Below are positions 21,668 through 29,963 of a stretch of DNA of 64,000 nucleotides, in pieces; the first letter of the stretch is position 1, and each line of letters opens with the position of its first letter. The DNA lies in contig CAZGQR010000003.1 in the NCBI GenBank assembly GCA_964527765.1, positions 75,366 through 139,365 of the forward strand, given 5' to 3'. The position numbers and the translations under genes are program-made. The stretch comes from an uncultured Planctomycetia bacterium (lineage in GTDB: Bacteria; Omnitrophota; Gorgyraeia; Tantalellales; Tantalellaceae). Below the pieces are notes generated by a model. The model did no database searches. It was not told the DNA's origin and was given only the letters and a program-made list of their open reading frames with translations.

Positions 21668-22767
21668 GCCGCCAGCTGCATAGGCAGCACCACGTAGGTG
21701 TATTCCTCTCCGTGCCGCACTACTCCCGGCTTGTTGGAATCGTTGACCTCAAAAACAATTTTCTCGTCCGACAGGTTTTTCAGGACATCTATAAGGTATC
21801 GGGGGTTAAACCCTATTTCTACGTCCGGCCCCCCTTTATATTCCACGTCTATCTCCTCTTTTGCCTCTCCGAGATAAGGGGTGTTTTTGGAAATGGTCAT
21901 TTTCTTTTTCTTTATATTAAGCTTGATCGCCATGGAGTCCTGGTCCGTGAAAATACTGGCTCTTCGCGCGGCGGATAAGAACTCTTCTCTGGGTATTTGT
22001 ACTTCCTTCGGCGACCTTTCGGGGATGACGTTCCTGTAGTTGGGGTATTCCCCTTCTATCAGCCTGGACAGGACGAAGCTGTTCTCAAAAGAGAACAGGA
22101 CCTGGTTGTCGCTGAACTTGATCTGCACTTCACCTTCATCCCGCAGCATCCTTTTTACTTCCTGAACTGTTTTGGTCGGGATAATGGCGTCCCTGTCCAC
22201 AAGCGTCTTTTTTGAAAGACGTTTCTTGACCAGCGCCAGCCTTCTGCCGTCTGTCGCCACCACGGATATTTGATCTCCCTTTACGCTGAGCAGTACGCCG
22301 TTCAACACAAACCGGGTGTCGTCTTTACTGATGGCGAAATCCGTGAGGTTCAGCATTTCCCTTAAGATGCTCTGTTTGATGGTAATGGAATCTTTGTCTT
22401 TGAAGGCCGGTAGTTGGGGAAATTCCTCTTGAGGCAGGCCGATTATCTTGAAAAGGGCTTTTCCGCTTTTTATTATCACAAAGTTGTTTTTTTTCATAGA
22501 AAGGTCCACGTCGCTTCCGTCCGGAAGGGCTTTGATGATGTCAAAGAATTTTCTTGCCGGTATCGTTGTCGCTCCCGCCTGTTGGGTTGTAATAGGTATC
22601 GTCGCGCATATCCCTATATCAAGGTCCGTGGCCGTTAATTTTAGATTGTTGCCTTCCACCTCAAGCAAGACATTGTTTAAAATAGGAAGGCTGCTTTTGG
22701 GGGATATTGCGTTTTGGACGATCTGGATACCTTCCATTAAGGTGTCTTTTGTTGTTTTTATTTCCAT
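21664..22767 (-). CDS. dnaN: DNA polymerase III beta sliding clamp
   Basis: 367 aa, three-domain clamp pattern (LKLTATDLDI..., VVATDGRRLA...). AGGAGG RBS. Lies downstream of dnaA. Confidence 0.95.
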
Positions 22768-22905
22768 TTCTTCCTCCTATGTAACCACTGTTTTACTACA
22801 AGTAAGAATATATTAAATATTGTAGTCGTATTAGTAAAAGAGCCTGTAAGTTGTGTGATTTTACGATAACCCCCCGCCAGAAAAGAACTTGCATTATTAA
22901 CAACC

Positions 22906-22914
22906 TGTGGATAA
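22906..22914. promoter_or_regulatory. Perfect DnaA box (TGTGGATAA) in the dnaA-dnaN spacer
   Basis: Exact 9-mer consensus, next to a roughly 65-bp AT-rich stretch (22795-22860). Confidence 0.7.
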
Positions 22915-22931
22915 GTACGGGATAACTTTAA

Positions 22932-24341
22932 TTATTTTCTTATAAGCGCAGTAAGCTTTTCTATAACGCTTTTTGTTTTTTTGTTTTCTTCGATCTCCCT
23001 GCTTATTTTATCACAAGCATGGAGCACCGTTGTGTGGTCTCTCCCCCCGAAGAAACCACCGATATCCGGCAGGGAATAATCCGTCATTTCCCGCGAAAGG
23101 TACATGGCAAGCTGCCGGGGGTATACTATGGCGCGCGTCCTCTTTTTTGTTTTCATGTCAGGTTCTTTGATGTCAAAAAAGCCCGCGACGACCTTTTGTA
23201 TCAGATCAACGGTTATCTTCTTCTCCTCGGCCGCCAACATGCCCCGGAGGACCTCTTTAGCAAGGGCGACCGTTATTTCCTGTCCTGTAAGTTTTGCGTA
23301 CGCGACGACACGGATAAGGGCCCCCTCCATTTCCCGGATGTTTGTCCGTATGTTCTCCGCGAGAAAATACAGGACCTCCTTGGGAACCTTTACAGATTCA
23401 TTCTCGCTCTTTTTTTCCATGATGGCTATCCGCGTTTCAAAGTCAGGCAGCTGTATATCGGCGATCAGGCCCCAGGCGAACCTGGACACCAGGCGCTCCT
23501 CGAGACCCTGTATTTCCTGGGGGGACCGGTCGCTGGAAAGGACGATCTGTTTGTGCGCGTCATGCAGCGCGTTGAACGTATGAAAGAACTCCTCCTGCGT
23601 GGACTCCTTTCCGGCAATGAACTGGATATCGTCTATAAGAAGGATATCGACGTTTCTGTATCTGGCGCGGAACTTCGGCGTGGCCTTGGTCCGTATGGCG
23701 TGTATCAGCTGGTTGGTAAATTCCTCGCTTGACATGTACAAGACCCGGGCCTTTGGATGCCCTTTCAGGATCTCCTGTCCCATGGCCTGCATCAGGTGGG
23801 TCTTGCCCAGGCCGACCCCGCCGTACAGGAACAGCGGATTGTAAACCTTGGAAAGCTTTTCACAGACAGCCAGCGCCGCAGCGTGCGCGAAGCGGTTGCT
23901 CCCCCCGACAACAAAATTGTCGAAAGTGTAGTTGGGGTTGAGCCCCAGTTCCCGGTGGCGGCTTTCCGGCACCTGCCGCGTGCTGCTGAACACGGACTTC
24001 AACCATCCGACCGACTGTTCTTTATCCTTGGCTTCCGCGGGAACGGCCGGGGAGGAAGCGCGCCTTTCCCCGCCGCCGTCTTTTGCGTCGCTCTCGGAGG
24101 GCTCTTCAACGATCTCGAACTTTACCAGCAGACTTTTCCCGGAAGCCTGCTGAAGTGCCGTCTTTACCAGGCTTATATATTTTTCCCGGATCCAGCTCTC
24201 AAAGAATTTATTAGGGACTCCGAGGGTGATGGACTTGCTGTCCAGAGAAACCTGTGTTATAGGAAGGAACCAGGCATTAAAAATCTGGTCGTTCACTTCA
24301 GACTGAAGAATGGATAAGGCCTTTTTCCAGATATTTTCCAT
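22932..24341 (-). CDS. dnaA: Chromosomal replication initiator DnaA
   Basis: Walker A GGVGLGKTHL, FHTFNAL, box VII/VIII, C-terminal DHTTVLHA DNA-binding helix. 469 aa. Confidence 0.96.
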   Translation of the reverse strand: MENIWKKALSILQSEVNDQIFNAWFLPITQVSLDSKSITLGVPNKFFESWIREKYISLVKTALQQASGKSLLVKFEIVEEPSESDAKDGGGERRASSPAVPAEAKDKEQSVGWLKSVFSSTRQVPESRHRELGLNPNYTFDNFVVGGSNRFAHAAALAVCEKLSKVYNPLFLYGGVGLGKTHLMQAMGQEILKGHPKARVLYMSSEEFTNQLIHAIRTKATPKFRARYRNVDILLIDDIQFIAGKESTQEEFFHTFNALHDAHKQIVLSSDRSPQEIQGLEERLVSRFAWGLIADIQLPDFETRIAIMEKKSENESVKVPKEVLYFLAENIRTNIREMEGALIRVVAYAKLTGQEITVALAKEVLRGMLAAEEKKITVDLIQKVVAGFFDIKEPDMKTKKRTRAIVYPRQLAMYLSREMTDYSLPDIGGFFGGRDHTTVLHACDKISREIEENKKTKSVIEKLTALIRK

Positions 24342-24367
24342 TGCTGCGGGGCAAATCTATAATAAAT

Positions 24368-24429
24368 TGATCAACAGAACGCCGAAATTTTCCACAAAAA
24401 AGAAACGGGATATCAACAGGTTATCCACA
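24368..24429. promoter_or_regulatory. Cluster of four same-orientation DnaA boxes upstream of dnaA (autoregulatory and/or oriC)
   Basis: TTATCCACA (24421-24429, perfect), TTTTCCACA (24388-24396, 1 mismatch), TGATCAACA (24368-24376) and ATATCAACA (24410-24418), 2 mismatches each. Confidence 0.65.
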
Positions 24430-24474
24430 GGCTGTGTGCAAGTGTTTTTCGAGATCCGGCAAACATTGAGATTC

Positions 24475-24503
24475 ATTATATACGGTAGGCCCGCCCATTG
24501 CAA
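24475..24503 (-). promoter_or_regulatory. Candidate dnaA promoter
   Basis: Minus strand TTGCAA-17 nt-TATAAT. The DnaA-box cluster lies between it and the dnaA ATG. Confidence 0.55.
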
Positions 24504-24550
24504 GCATTTTTTTTGAAAGAAAAAAGAGAATTTAAGCTCCCCAAAAAAAC

Positions 24551-24579
24551 TTGACTTAGCATTGGGTTGTGCTATAATC
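24551..24579 (+). promoter_or_regulatory. Promoter of the rpmH-rnpA-yidD-yidC-jag operon
   Basis: TTGACT-17 nt-TATAAT, 48 nt upstream of the rpmH GTG. Confidence 0.7.
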
Positions 24580-24627
24580 ATAAAACTCATTTTCGGTTGA
24601 TTTATAGGAAGTAAAAGGAGCTTTTCC

Positions 24628-24765
24628 GTGAAGAAAACTCTAAGACCCAAGTCTAATCTGAAGCGTAAAAGGAAACACGGGTTCCGCAAGCGGAGCAAGT
24701 CTAAGGCGGGACGGGCGGTGTTAAGCCGGAGACGGAAAAAAGGCAAGAAAGTCCTGTCTGCGTGA
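24628..24765 (+). CDS. rpmH: 50S ribosomal protein L34 (45 aa; below the ORF-track cutoff)
   Basis: GTG start 7 nt after AAAGGAG. Translation [45 protein letters not shown] is the typical L34 sequence. Confidence 0.9.
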   Translation: MKKTLRPKSNLKRKRKHGFRKRSKSKAGRAVLSRRRKKGKKVLSA

Positions 24766-25112
24766 AAATAAGGCACATTTTAAAAGCGAAGGATTTTGCT
24801 GATATCGTAAAGAGCGGCGAAAGAGCGCGCGGGCGGACACTCGCTCTGTATGTCAAGCATGGAAGCGGGGAAGAAAAAACATCAGTCGGGGTTGTTGTCT
24901 CCAAAGAGTTCGCGCCCTCGGCCGTGAAAAGGAATTATATAAAACGCCTGGTTTATTCGTACTTTCAGGACCGCGAACAGCCCCTGTCGCAAGGGATCAG
25001 GGTGGTTGTCAGGCTGATCAGGGACGTCAAGGAACTGAGAAGGAAGCCCCTGTCGCAAGGGATCAGGGGAGAGCTCGAGGCCCTGGCAAAGAAAATCGGG
25101 ATAAAAGCATGA
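24762..25112 (+). CDS. rnpA: RNase P protein component
   Basis: GTG overlapping the rpmH stop (GTGA). Conserved AVKRNYIKR (RNR motif). 116 aa. Confidence 0.85.
   Translation: MKIRHILKAKDFADIVKSGERARGRTLALYVKHGSGEEKTSVGVVVSKEFAPSAVKRNYIKRLVYSYFQDREQPLSQGIRVVVRLIRDVKELRRKPLSQGIRGELEALAKKIGIKA
24979..25068 (+). repeat. Two identical in-frame 24-bp direct repeats inside rnpA
   Basis: AGCCCCTGTCGCAAGGGATCAGGG at 24979-25002 and 25045-25068 (66-nt period), each encoding PLSQGIR. Confidence 0.9.
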
Positions 25113-25324
25113 AGAGACTCATGATCGCGGCGATAAAAGGATACAAAAAATTCATAAGCCCTTACATTATAAGGAGTTGCAGATACGCGCCCACCTGTTC
25201 CGAATACGCCGTAGAGGCCCTGGAAAAATTTGGTTTTTTCCGGGGGATCATGATGGCCGCCTGGAGGATCCTGCGGTGTAATCCTTTCTCTCGCGGGGGT
25301 TTTGATCCCGTGACCAAGGAGTAG
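25109..25324 (+). CDS. yidD: Membrane protein insertion efficiency factor YidD
   Basis: YKKFISP..SCRY.PTCSEYA..A......G......RILRCNPF..GG.DPV: canonical YidD. Overlaps the rnpA stop. Confidence 0.92.
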   Translation: MKRLMIAAIKGYKKFISPYIIRSCRYAPTCSEYAVEALEKFGFFRGIMMAAWRILRCNPFSRGGFDPVTKE

Positions 25325-25341
25325 CAAGAAGGAATTATTCG

Positions 25342-26964
25342 ATGGAAAAAAGGATGATCATAGCGATAGCGTTATCTTTGTTGGTCCTGCTGGGCTTTCA
25401 AGGGCTGGTCGCCAAAAGACACGCGCGTGTCCAGGTCGCGACCCCGGCTCCCTCCATGGGGGCGCCTGCCGGAACGGCTGAGAGGCCTCCCGCCGGCGAG
25501 ACCGCGATCCCGGCGGCAAAGTCCCGACAGGTTCCTGCCGGGGAAACCCTGGAAGAAAACATTACGGAGATCCGAACGGAGCTCTATGCGCTCGCCTTTT
25601 CCGATATGGGCGGGAGCCTGAGGAAACTGTCCTTGAACGAATATCGGAAACAGGACGAGGAAGAAGTTCTTTATGATGAGGAGAACCCGGCGGAAAGGCT
25701 CTTTGCCATGCGGAGCGAGCTTTCCCCGGGGTTAGAAAACAGGAAATTCGAATTGTTCAAAACAAGCGGGACGCTGGAATACAAGCTAACTGATCCGGGC
25801 TGGCTAGAGATAACGAAACGGTACACTTTTCACAAGTCTTTTGGTTATATCGACTTAGAGGTTTTCGCCAAAAACCTTTCGCCACGCAGAATCGTTTTTT
25901 CATATCAGATCGTAGGCCCTTCCGGGCTGGAAAGATCGGATCACATCGCCGGGAGAAGCTTTTTACAGGCGGATACGATGATAGACGGCAAGCTCTGGAA
26001 AATAAAATCTGTGAAGGGAGTGCAGGAGAGAACCGGGGACATATCCTGGACAGCGCTTAAGAACAGATACTTTGCGCTGATGCTCAAGCCATTCAACGCG
26101 CCCAGATCCGTGGCAATAACACAAACCGGGGACAAAAACTTTTTAATCGCCCTGAACAGCCGGACCTGCGAGCTGGAACCCGGGACGGAAACTGAAGACC
26201 GGTACCTGCTGTATGCGGGGCCTTTGGATGAGGAAAGAATCGCGGCAGCCGGCTATGATATGCAGAAGGTAGTGGATTACGGCTTTTTCGGGGGGGTCAG
26301 CAAGGCGCTGCTCTCTGTGTTACGCTTTTTCCACAAGTGGGCGCACAACTGGGGGGTGGCGATAATCCTTCTTACCATCCTGATCAATGCCGTCTTGTTC
26401 CCGCTCACGGTCAAGAGTTTTTCTTCGATGCAGCAAATGAAAACAATTCAGCCGCACATACAAAAACTGAAGGAGCTCCACAAAGATAACCCGCAGAAAC
26501 TCAACAAGGAGATGATGGAGCTATATAAGAAATACAACGTAAACCCTCTTGGCGGATGCCTGCCGCTGCTTTTGCAGATGCCCATATTTATAGCTCTTTA
26601 CCAGGGCCTCATGCGGTCCGTTGAGCTGAAAGGGGCGCAGTTTCTGTGGATAAAGGATCTGGCGAAGCCGGATGCGGTCCCCCTCCCGTTTTCTTTGCCG
26701 GTTATCGGCACGAATATAAACATTTTGCCGCTTCTTATGGTAGGCGTTATGATGTTACAGCAGAAGATCTCTCAGGGGGCTGCAGCCGGGACGATGACAA
26801 GCGAACAAGCCAGTCAGCAGAAAATGATGATGATGGCCATGCCTCTGCTTTTCGGCGTCCTTTTTTACAAGATGCCGGCGGGGTTGGTTCTTTACTGGCT
26901 GACGAACACGATCCTGATGACTGCGGAACAGAGTCTTATCAGCAAGCGCATAAGCAGAAATTAA
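25342..26964 (+). CDS. yidC: Membrane protein insertase YidC
   Basis: 540 aa. N-terminal TM, periplasmic domain, conserved C-terminal core (NWGVAIILLTILIN..., PLGGCLPLLLQMPIF, VLYWLTNTIL). Confidence 0.95.
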   Translation: MEKRMIIAIALSLLVLLGFQGLVAKRHARVQVATPAPSMGAPAGTAERPPAGETAIPAAKSRQVPAGETLEENITEIRTELYALAFSDMGGSLRKLSLNEYRKQDEEEVLYDEENPAERLFAMRSELSPGLENRKFELFKTSGTLEYKLTDPGWLEITKRYTFHKSFGYIDLEVFAKNLSPRRIVFSYQIVGPSGLERSDHIAGRSFLQADTMIDGKLWKIKSVKGVQERTGDISWTALKNRYFALMLKPFNAPRSVAITQTGDKNFLIALNSRTCELEPGTETEDRYLLYAGPLDEERIAAAGYDMQKVVDYGFFGGVSKALLSVLRFFHKWAHNWGVAIILLTILINAVLFPLTVKSFSSMQQMKTIQPHIQKLKELHKDNPQKLNKEMMELYKKYNVNPLGGCLPLLLQMPIFIALYQGLMRSVELKGAQFLWIKDLAKPDAVPLPFSLPVIGTNINILPLLMVGVMMLQQKISQGAAAGTMTSEQASQQKMMMMAMPLLFGVLFYKMPAGLVLYWLTNTILMTAEQSLISKRISRN

Positions 26965-26971
26965 GGCCGCC

Positions 26972-27172
26972 ATGAAAAAAGCAAAGCTCACTAAAACCAT
27001 AGAAGTAGAAGCTACCACCAGAGAAGAAGCTATTCGAAAAGCGCTCAAGACATTAGATGCCCACAGAGAAGATGTGACCATAAGGGTTATCCAGGAAGAA
27101 AGTAAAGGCCTTTTTGGCATGGAAGGCGCCAAACCCGCCAAAGTAAAAGTCACCCTCAAATCCCACAAATAA
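26972..27172 (+). CDS. Jag/KhpB N-terminal-domain-only protein (66 aa)
   Basis: KTIEVEATTREEAIRKALKTLDAHREDVTIRVIQEESKGLFG resembles the Jag_N domain, at the canonical position after yidC. No KH or R3H domains follow. Confidence 0.6.
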   Translation: MKKAKLTKTIEVEATTREEAIRKALKTLDAHREDVTIRVIQEESKGLFGMEGAKPAKVKVTLKSHK

Positions 27173-27215
27173 GCAGATTCCAGGCAACCATTCAAGCGCT
27201 CAAAGTGCGACGCAA

Positions 27216-27292
27216 GGACCGTTTGTCATGCTCCTACCAGGGCCCCTCCGCCCGGTGTGGATCCTCCCTGTACGGAGCATGACAAACGGTCC
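27216..27292. repeat. 77-nt long-stem inverted repeat (candidate structured RNA or protein-binding site)
   Basis: Perfect 19-bp arms GGACCGTTTGTCATGCTCC (27216-27234) / GGAGCATGACAAACGGTCC (27274-27292). After a 3x3 internal loop, an inner 5-bp CAGGG/CCCTG helix. No U-tract follows. Confidence 0.8.
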
Positions 27293-27309
27293 AACCGCTG
27301 GCTACCTTG

Positions 27310-27325
27310 GTTTCCACGTGGAAAC
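27310..27325. promoter_or_regulatory. parS-like 16-bp perfect palindrome GTTTCCACGTGGAAAC
   Basis: Perfect palindrome about 60 bp upstream of the parA -35. Related to the TGTTTCACGTGAAACA parS consensus but with an extra C/G around the CACGTG core. Confidence 0.5.
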
Positions 27326-27385
27326 TTTTACTTTAATGCACCATTATTCCGGACCGGAAAAACATCAACTATTTTGCCCCTGCCC

Positions 27386-27414
27386 TTGACTTTGTGAAAA
27401 TCATGTGCTATATT
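27386..27414 (+). promoter_or_regulatory. parAB promoter
   Basis: TTGACT-17 nt-TATATT, 83 nt upstream of the parA ATG. Confidence 0.6.
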
Positions 27415-27456
27415 TTTTGCAAATAAAAAGTTTCACCCGCACAGTTGATCAAAGAT

Positions 27457-27472
27457 ATTTCCACGTGGAAAC
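27457..27472. promoter_or_regulatory. Second parS-like palindrome aTTTCCACGTGGAAAc
   Basis: Same 14-bp core TTTCCACGTGGAAA, located in the parA 5' UTR. A canonical half-site GTTTCAC also occurs at 27430-27436. Confidence 0.5.
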
Positions 27473-27496
27473 CAAGAGGCGGACAGCGAAAACAGC

Positions 27497-28315
27497 ATGA
27501 AAAAAATAGCTTTCTGTAATCAAAAAGGCGGTGTGGCAAAAACGACGTCGGCCTTAAATATTGCTGCGTACCTCGCCTTGAATGGCAAAAAAACCCTTCT
27601 GATCGACCTGGACCCTCAGGCTAACGCCACCAGCGGACTCGGCATCAATAAAGACGAAATACGACACAGCATTTATAATGTTCTCCATGAACACATCGGG
27701 CTGGATGAGGCCATCAAACCTACCGAGATCGACCTCCTGTCAGTGCTCCCCTCAAACATAAATTTGACCGGGGCGGAAGTTGAATTGGTAAATGTTATGG
27801 GCAGAGAGTACCGTCTCAAAAAAGCCGTGCAGGAGGTGCAAGGGAGTTTCGAGTTTATAATCTTTGACTGCCCGCCCTCCTTGGGCCTTTTGACGATAAA
27901 CGGGCTGACCGCAGCGAATTCGGTGATCATCCCCATTCAGTGCGAATACTACGCGCTCGAGGGGTTGAGCCAATTGATCAAGACAGTAAATCTCGTCCGG
28001 GAGAATCTCAACGGAAAACTGGAGATAGAAGGTGTTTTAATGACGTTGGCGGACTACCGGACAAATTTGACGAAAGAAGTCATAGGTGAAGTCAAACAGT
28101 ATTTTGGCGACAAGGTATATAAGTCTATAATCCCGCGGACAATAAAGCTTACAGAAGCCCCGGGGTTTGGAAAACCGATAGCTCTTTATGCAAAAGATTC
28201 GGTTGGCGCAAAAAAATATGAGGAAGTGACCCGGGAGATCCTCAAGCTCCCACTAAAAACAGAACCCATTGAAAATGAAGGAGTTACAACAAATATGGAG
28301 GAAAGTTATGGATAA
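27497..28315 (+). CDS. parA: Chromosome partitioning ATPase ParA/Soj
   Basis: Deviant Walker A NQKGGVAKTT, DLDPQANAT, IIFDCPPSLG. 272 aa. Confidence 0.93.
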   Translation: MKKIAFCNQKGGVAKTTSALNIAAYLALNGKKTLLIDLDPQANATSGLGINKDEIRHSIYNVLHEHIGLDEAIKPTEIDLLSVLPSNINLTGAEVELVNVMGREYRLKKAVQEVQGSFEFIIFDCPPSLGLLTINGLTAANSVIIPIQCEYYALEGLSQLIKTVNLVRENLNGKLEIEGVLMTLADYRTNLTKEVIGEVKQYFGDKVYKSIIPRTIKLTEAPGFGKPIALYAKDSVGAKKYEEVTREILKLPLKTEPIENEGVTTNMEESYG

Positions 28316-29141
28316 AAGACTGGGGAAAGGATTAGACGCTCTTATTTCGGAAGATGTCAGTAAAGGCAAAGAAAAGGTTGAAAAAATCAGAACATCAGAG
28401 ATCGCGCCCAATCCCCTTCAACCAAGAAAAAGGTTCAGCGAAGAAAAAATGGACGAACTTATTTGTTCCATACGGGAAAAAGGAGTCATCCAGCCGGTGT
28501 TGCTCAGGCCCACAGGAGGAGGATACGAGCTTGTTGCGGGGGAACGGCGCTGGCGGGCCGCGCAAAAACTGCAGATCGAAGAAGTTCCCGCCATAATAAG
28601 AGACGACATAGACGACGCCAACAGCCTGGAGATCTCGCTTATTGAAAACATCCAGAGAGAAGAGCTGAACCCCATAGAAGAAGCGAATGCTTATCAGGAA
28701 TTGATCGGCCAGTTTGAATATACGCTGGACAAGGTCGGGCAGATGATGGGAAAGGACAAAACAACGGTTTCCAACAGCCTGCGGCTGTTGACCCTCCCGG
28801 AGGAGATACAGAACTATGTTGAAGAGGGGAAGATCTCTGCCGGCCACGCTAAGGCCATCCTGTCCATCACCAGCGAACAGAAGAGGAAAAAAATCGCCAA
28901 AACAATAATGCGAAAAGGAATTTCCGTCCGGGAAACGGAACAGCTGGTGCGTAAGCTTACGGAATCGAAACCGAAGCTGAAAAGAACGAAGGAACCCGAA
29001 ATAGCGCAGATCGAAGAGGCCTTGCAGCACAAACTTGGCACAAAAGTGACCGTTCACAAAGGGCAAAAAAGGGGGCGCATCGAGATCCAGTATTTTTCCA
29101 ATGAAGACCTTCAGCGTTTATTGCGGCTGATCCTTCAGTAG
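28308..29141 (+). CDS. parB: Chromosome partitioning protein ParB/Spo0J
   Basis: Start at ATG 28308 (MDKRLGKGLDALI), GGAGGA 6 nt upstream, 8-nt overlap with parA. Motifs QPR, GERRWRAA and an HTH region. Confidence 0.92.
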   Translation: MDKRLGKGLDALISEDVSKGKEKVEKIRTSEIAPNPLQPRKRFSEEKMDELICSIREKGVIQPVLLRPTGGGYELVAGERRWRAAQKLQIEEVPAIIRDDIDDANSLEISLIENIQREELNPIEEANAYQELIGQFEYTLDKVGQMMGKDKTTVSNSLRLLTLPEEIQNYVEEGKISAGHAKAILSITSEQKRKKIAKTIMRKGISVRETEQLVRKLTESKPKLKRTKEPEIAQIEEALQHKLGTKVTVHKGQKRGRIEIQYFSNEDLQRLLRLILQ

Positions 29142-29156
29142 GGGGGCGAATAGAGA

Positions 29157-29210
29157 GGGGCGGATCCGGCATTATCCAGCAGGAAAGCGGGCCCGCCCCG
29201 TTTTTTATTT
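29157..29210 (+). terminator. Intrinsic terminator after parB
   Basis: GGGGCGG (29157-29163) pairs with CCGCCCC (29193-29199), with an internal GCGGGC/CCGC option. Followed by G-TTTTTTATTTT. Confidence 0.6.
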
Positions 29211-29224
29211 TCCCGCGAAAACGC

Positions 29225-29253
29225 TTGACATTATACCGCTAAAGTAGTATTAT
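29225..29253 (+). promoter_or_regulatory. pyr operon promoter
   Basis: TTGACA-17 nt-TATTAT. Confidence 0.65.
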
Positions 29254-29259
29254 CCTTTG

Positions 29260-29366
29260 AGAGAAAAGACCTTTTAAACTGGTCCGGAGAGACCTGAAAA
29301 GGAGCAAAGAATGAATAAATTAAAGTTGATAAGCCTGCTTGTCTCGTGACAGGGAGGCTTTTTTTG
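29260..29366 (+). promoter_or_regulatory. PyrR-binding transcription attenuator (leader RNA plus intrinsic terminator)
   Basis: GGUCCGGAGAGACC hairpin (29281-29294) resembles the PyrR box ARUCCAGAGAGGYU. Downstream is a 13-bp terminator stem (29331-29343 / 29348-29360, 1 mismatch) plus a T7 run, immediately upstream of pyrR. Confidence 0.7.
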
Positions 29367-29407
29367 TGTCTATGGACCGGGCCAGGGGAAAGAGACAGAG
29401 GGACGAG

Positions 29408-29947
29408 ATGGAACTTAAACTAAAGTCAAGGATACTGGATGCAGAGGGCATAAAAAGAACGCTACAGAGGATATCCCATGAAATACTGGAAAAGAACCAG
29501 GGCGGGGTCGAATTGGCCATAATCGGCATACGGTGCAGAGGAGCATATCTGGCCGAAAGAATAGCGGAGAACATAAAGACGATCGAAGGAAAAGAAACCC
29601 CGGTGGGAGCGCTGGACATCACCATGTACAGAGACGACCTTACGGAGATCGCGGAACAACCGGTGGTGCATTCGACGGAAATAGAGTTCGATATAACAGG
29701 CAAAAAGATCATTCTTGTGGATGATGTCCTGTTTTCCGGGCGGACAGTGAGATGCGCCCTGGATGAGCTTATCGATTTCGGCAGGCCGGCGAATATCCAG
29801 CTGGCGGTTCTTATAGACCGCGGGCACAGGGAATTGCCGATAAGGCCGGATTTTGTCGGGAAGAACATTCCGACGGCAAAGGAAGAAAGCGTCGAAGTGA
29901 GACTGAAAAATGTGGATGGAGTGGAGGAAGTGGTTGTCTTAGCATAA
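29408..29947 (+). CDS. pyrR: Bifunctional pyr mRNA-binding attenuation protein / uracil phosphoribosyltransferase PyrR
   Basis: Start at ATG 29408 (after AGAGGGA). [22 protein letters not shown]..., PRPP loop [12 protein letters not shown]. 179 aa, aligning end-to-end with my recollection of B. subtilis PyrR. Confidence 0.9.
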   Translation: MELKLKSRILDAEGIKRTLQRISHEILEKNQGGVELAIIGIRCRGAYLAERIAENIKTIEGKETPVGALDITMYRDDLTEIAEQPVVHSTEIEFDITGKKIILVDDVLFSGRTVRCALDELIDFGRPANIQLAVLIDRGHRELPIRPDFVGKNIPTAKEESVEVRLKNVDGVEEVVVLA

Positions 29948-29963
29948 AACGGGGACTGAAGCC

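Noticed and set aside
24979-25068. Possible mini-CRISPR or other repeat array
   Set aside because: There are only two copies, both inside and in frame with rnpA, and no cas genes. It is reported as an intragenic duplication instead.
27228-27389. 53-codon ORF in the jag-parA spacer
   Set aside because: It has no RBS. It starts inside the 19-bp hairpin arm and reads through the parS-like palindrome and the parA -35 region. The peptide is Pro/Gly-rich with no recognisable fold.
29311-29349. 12-codon mini-ORF in the pyr leader as a bona fide gene
   Set aside because: It is too short to call as a CDS and is mentioned only as a possible regulatory leader peptide within the attenuator finding.
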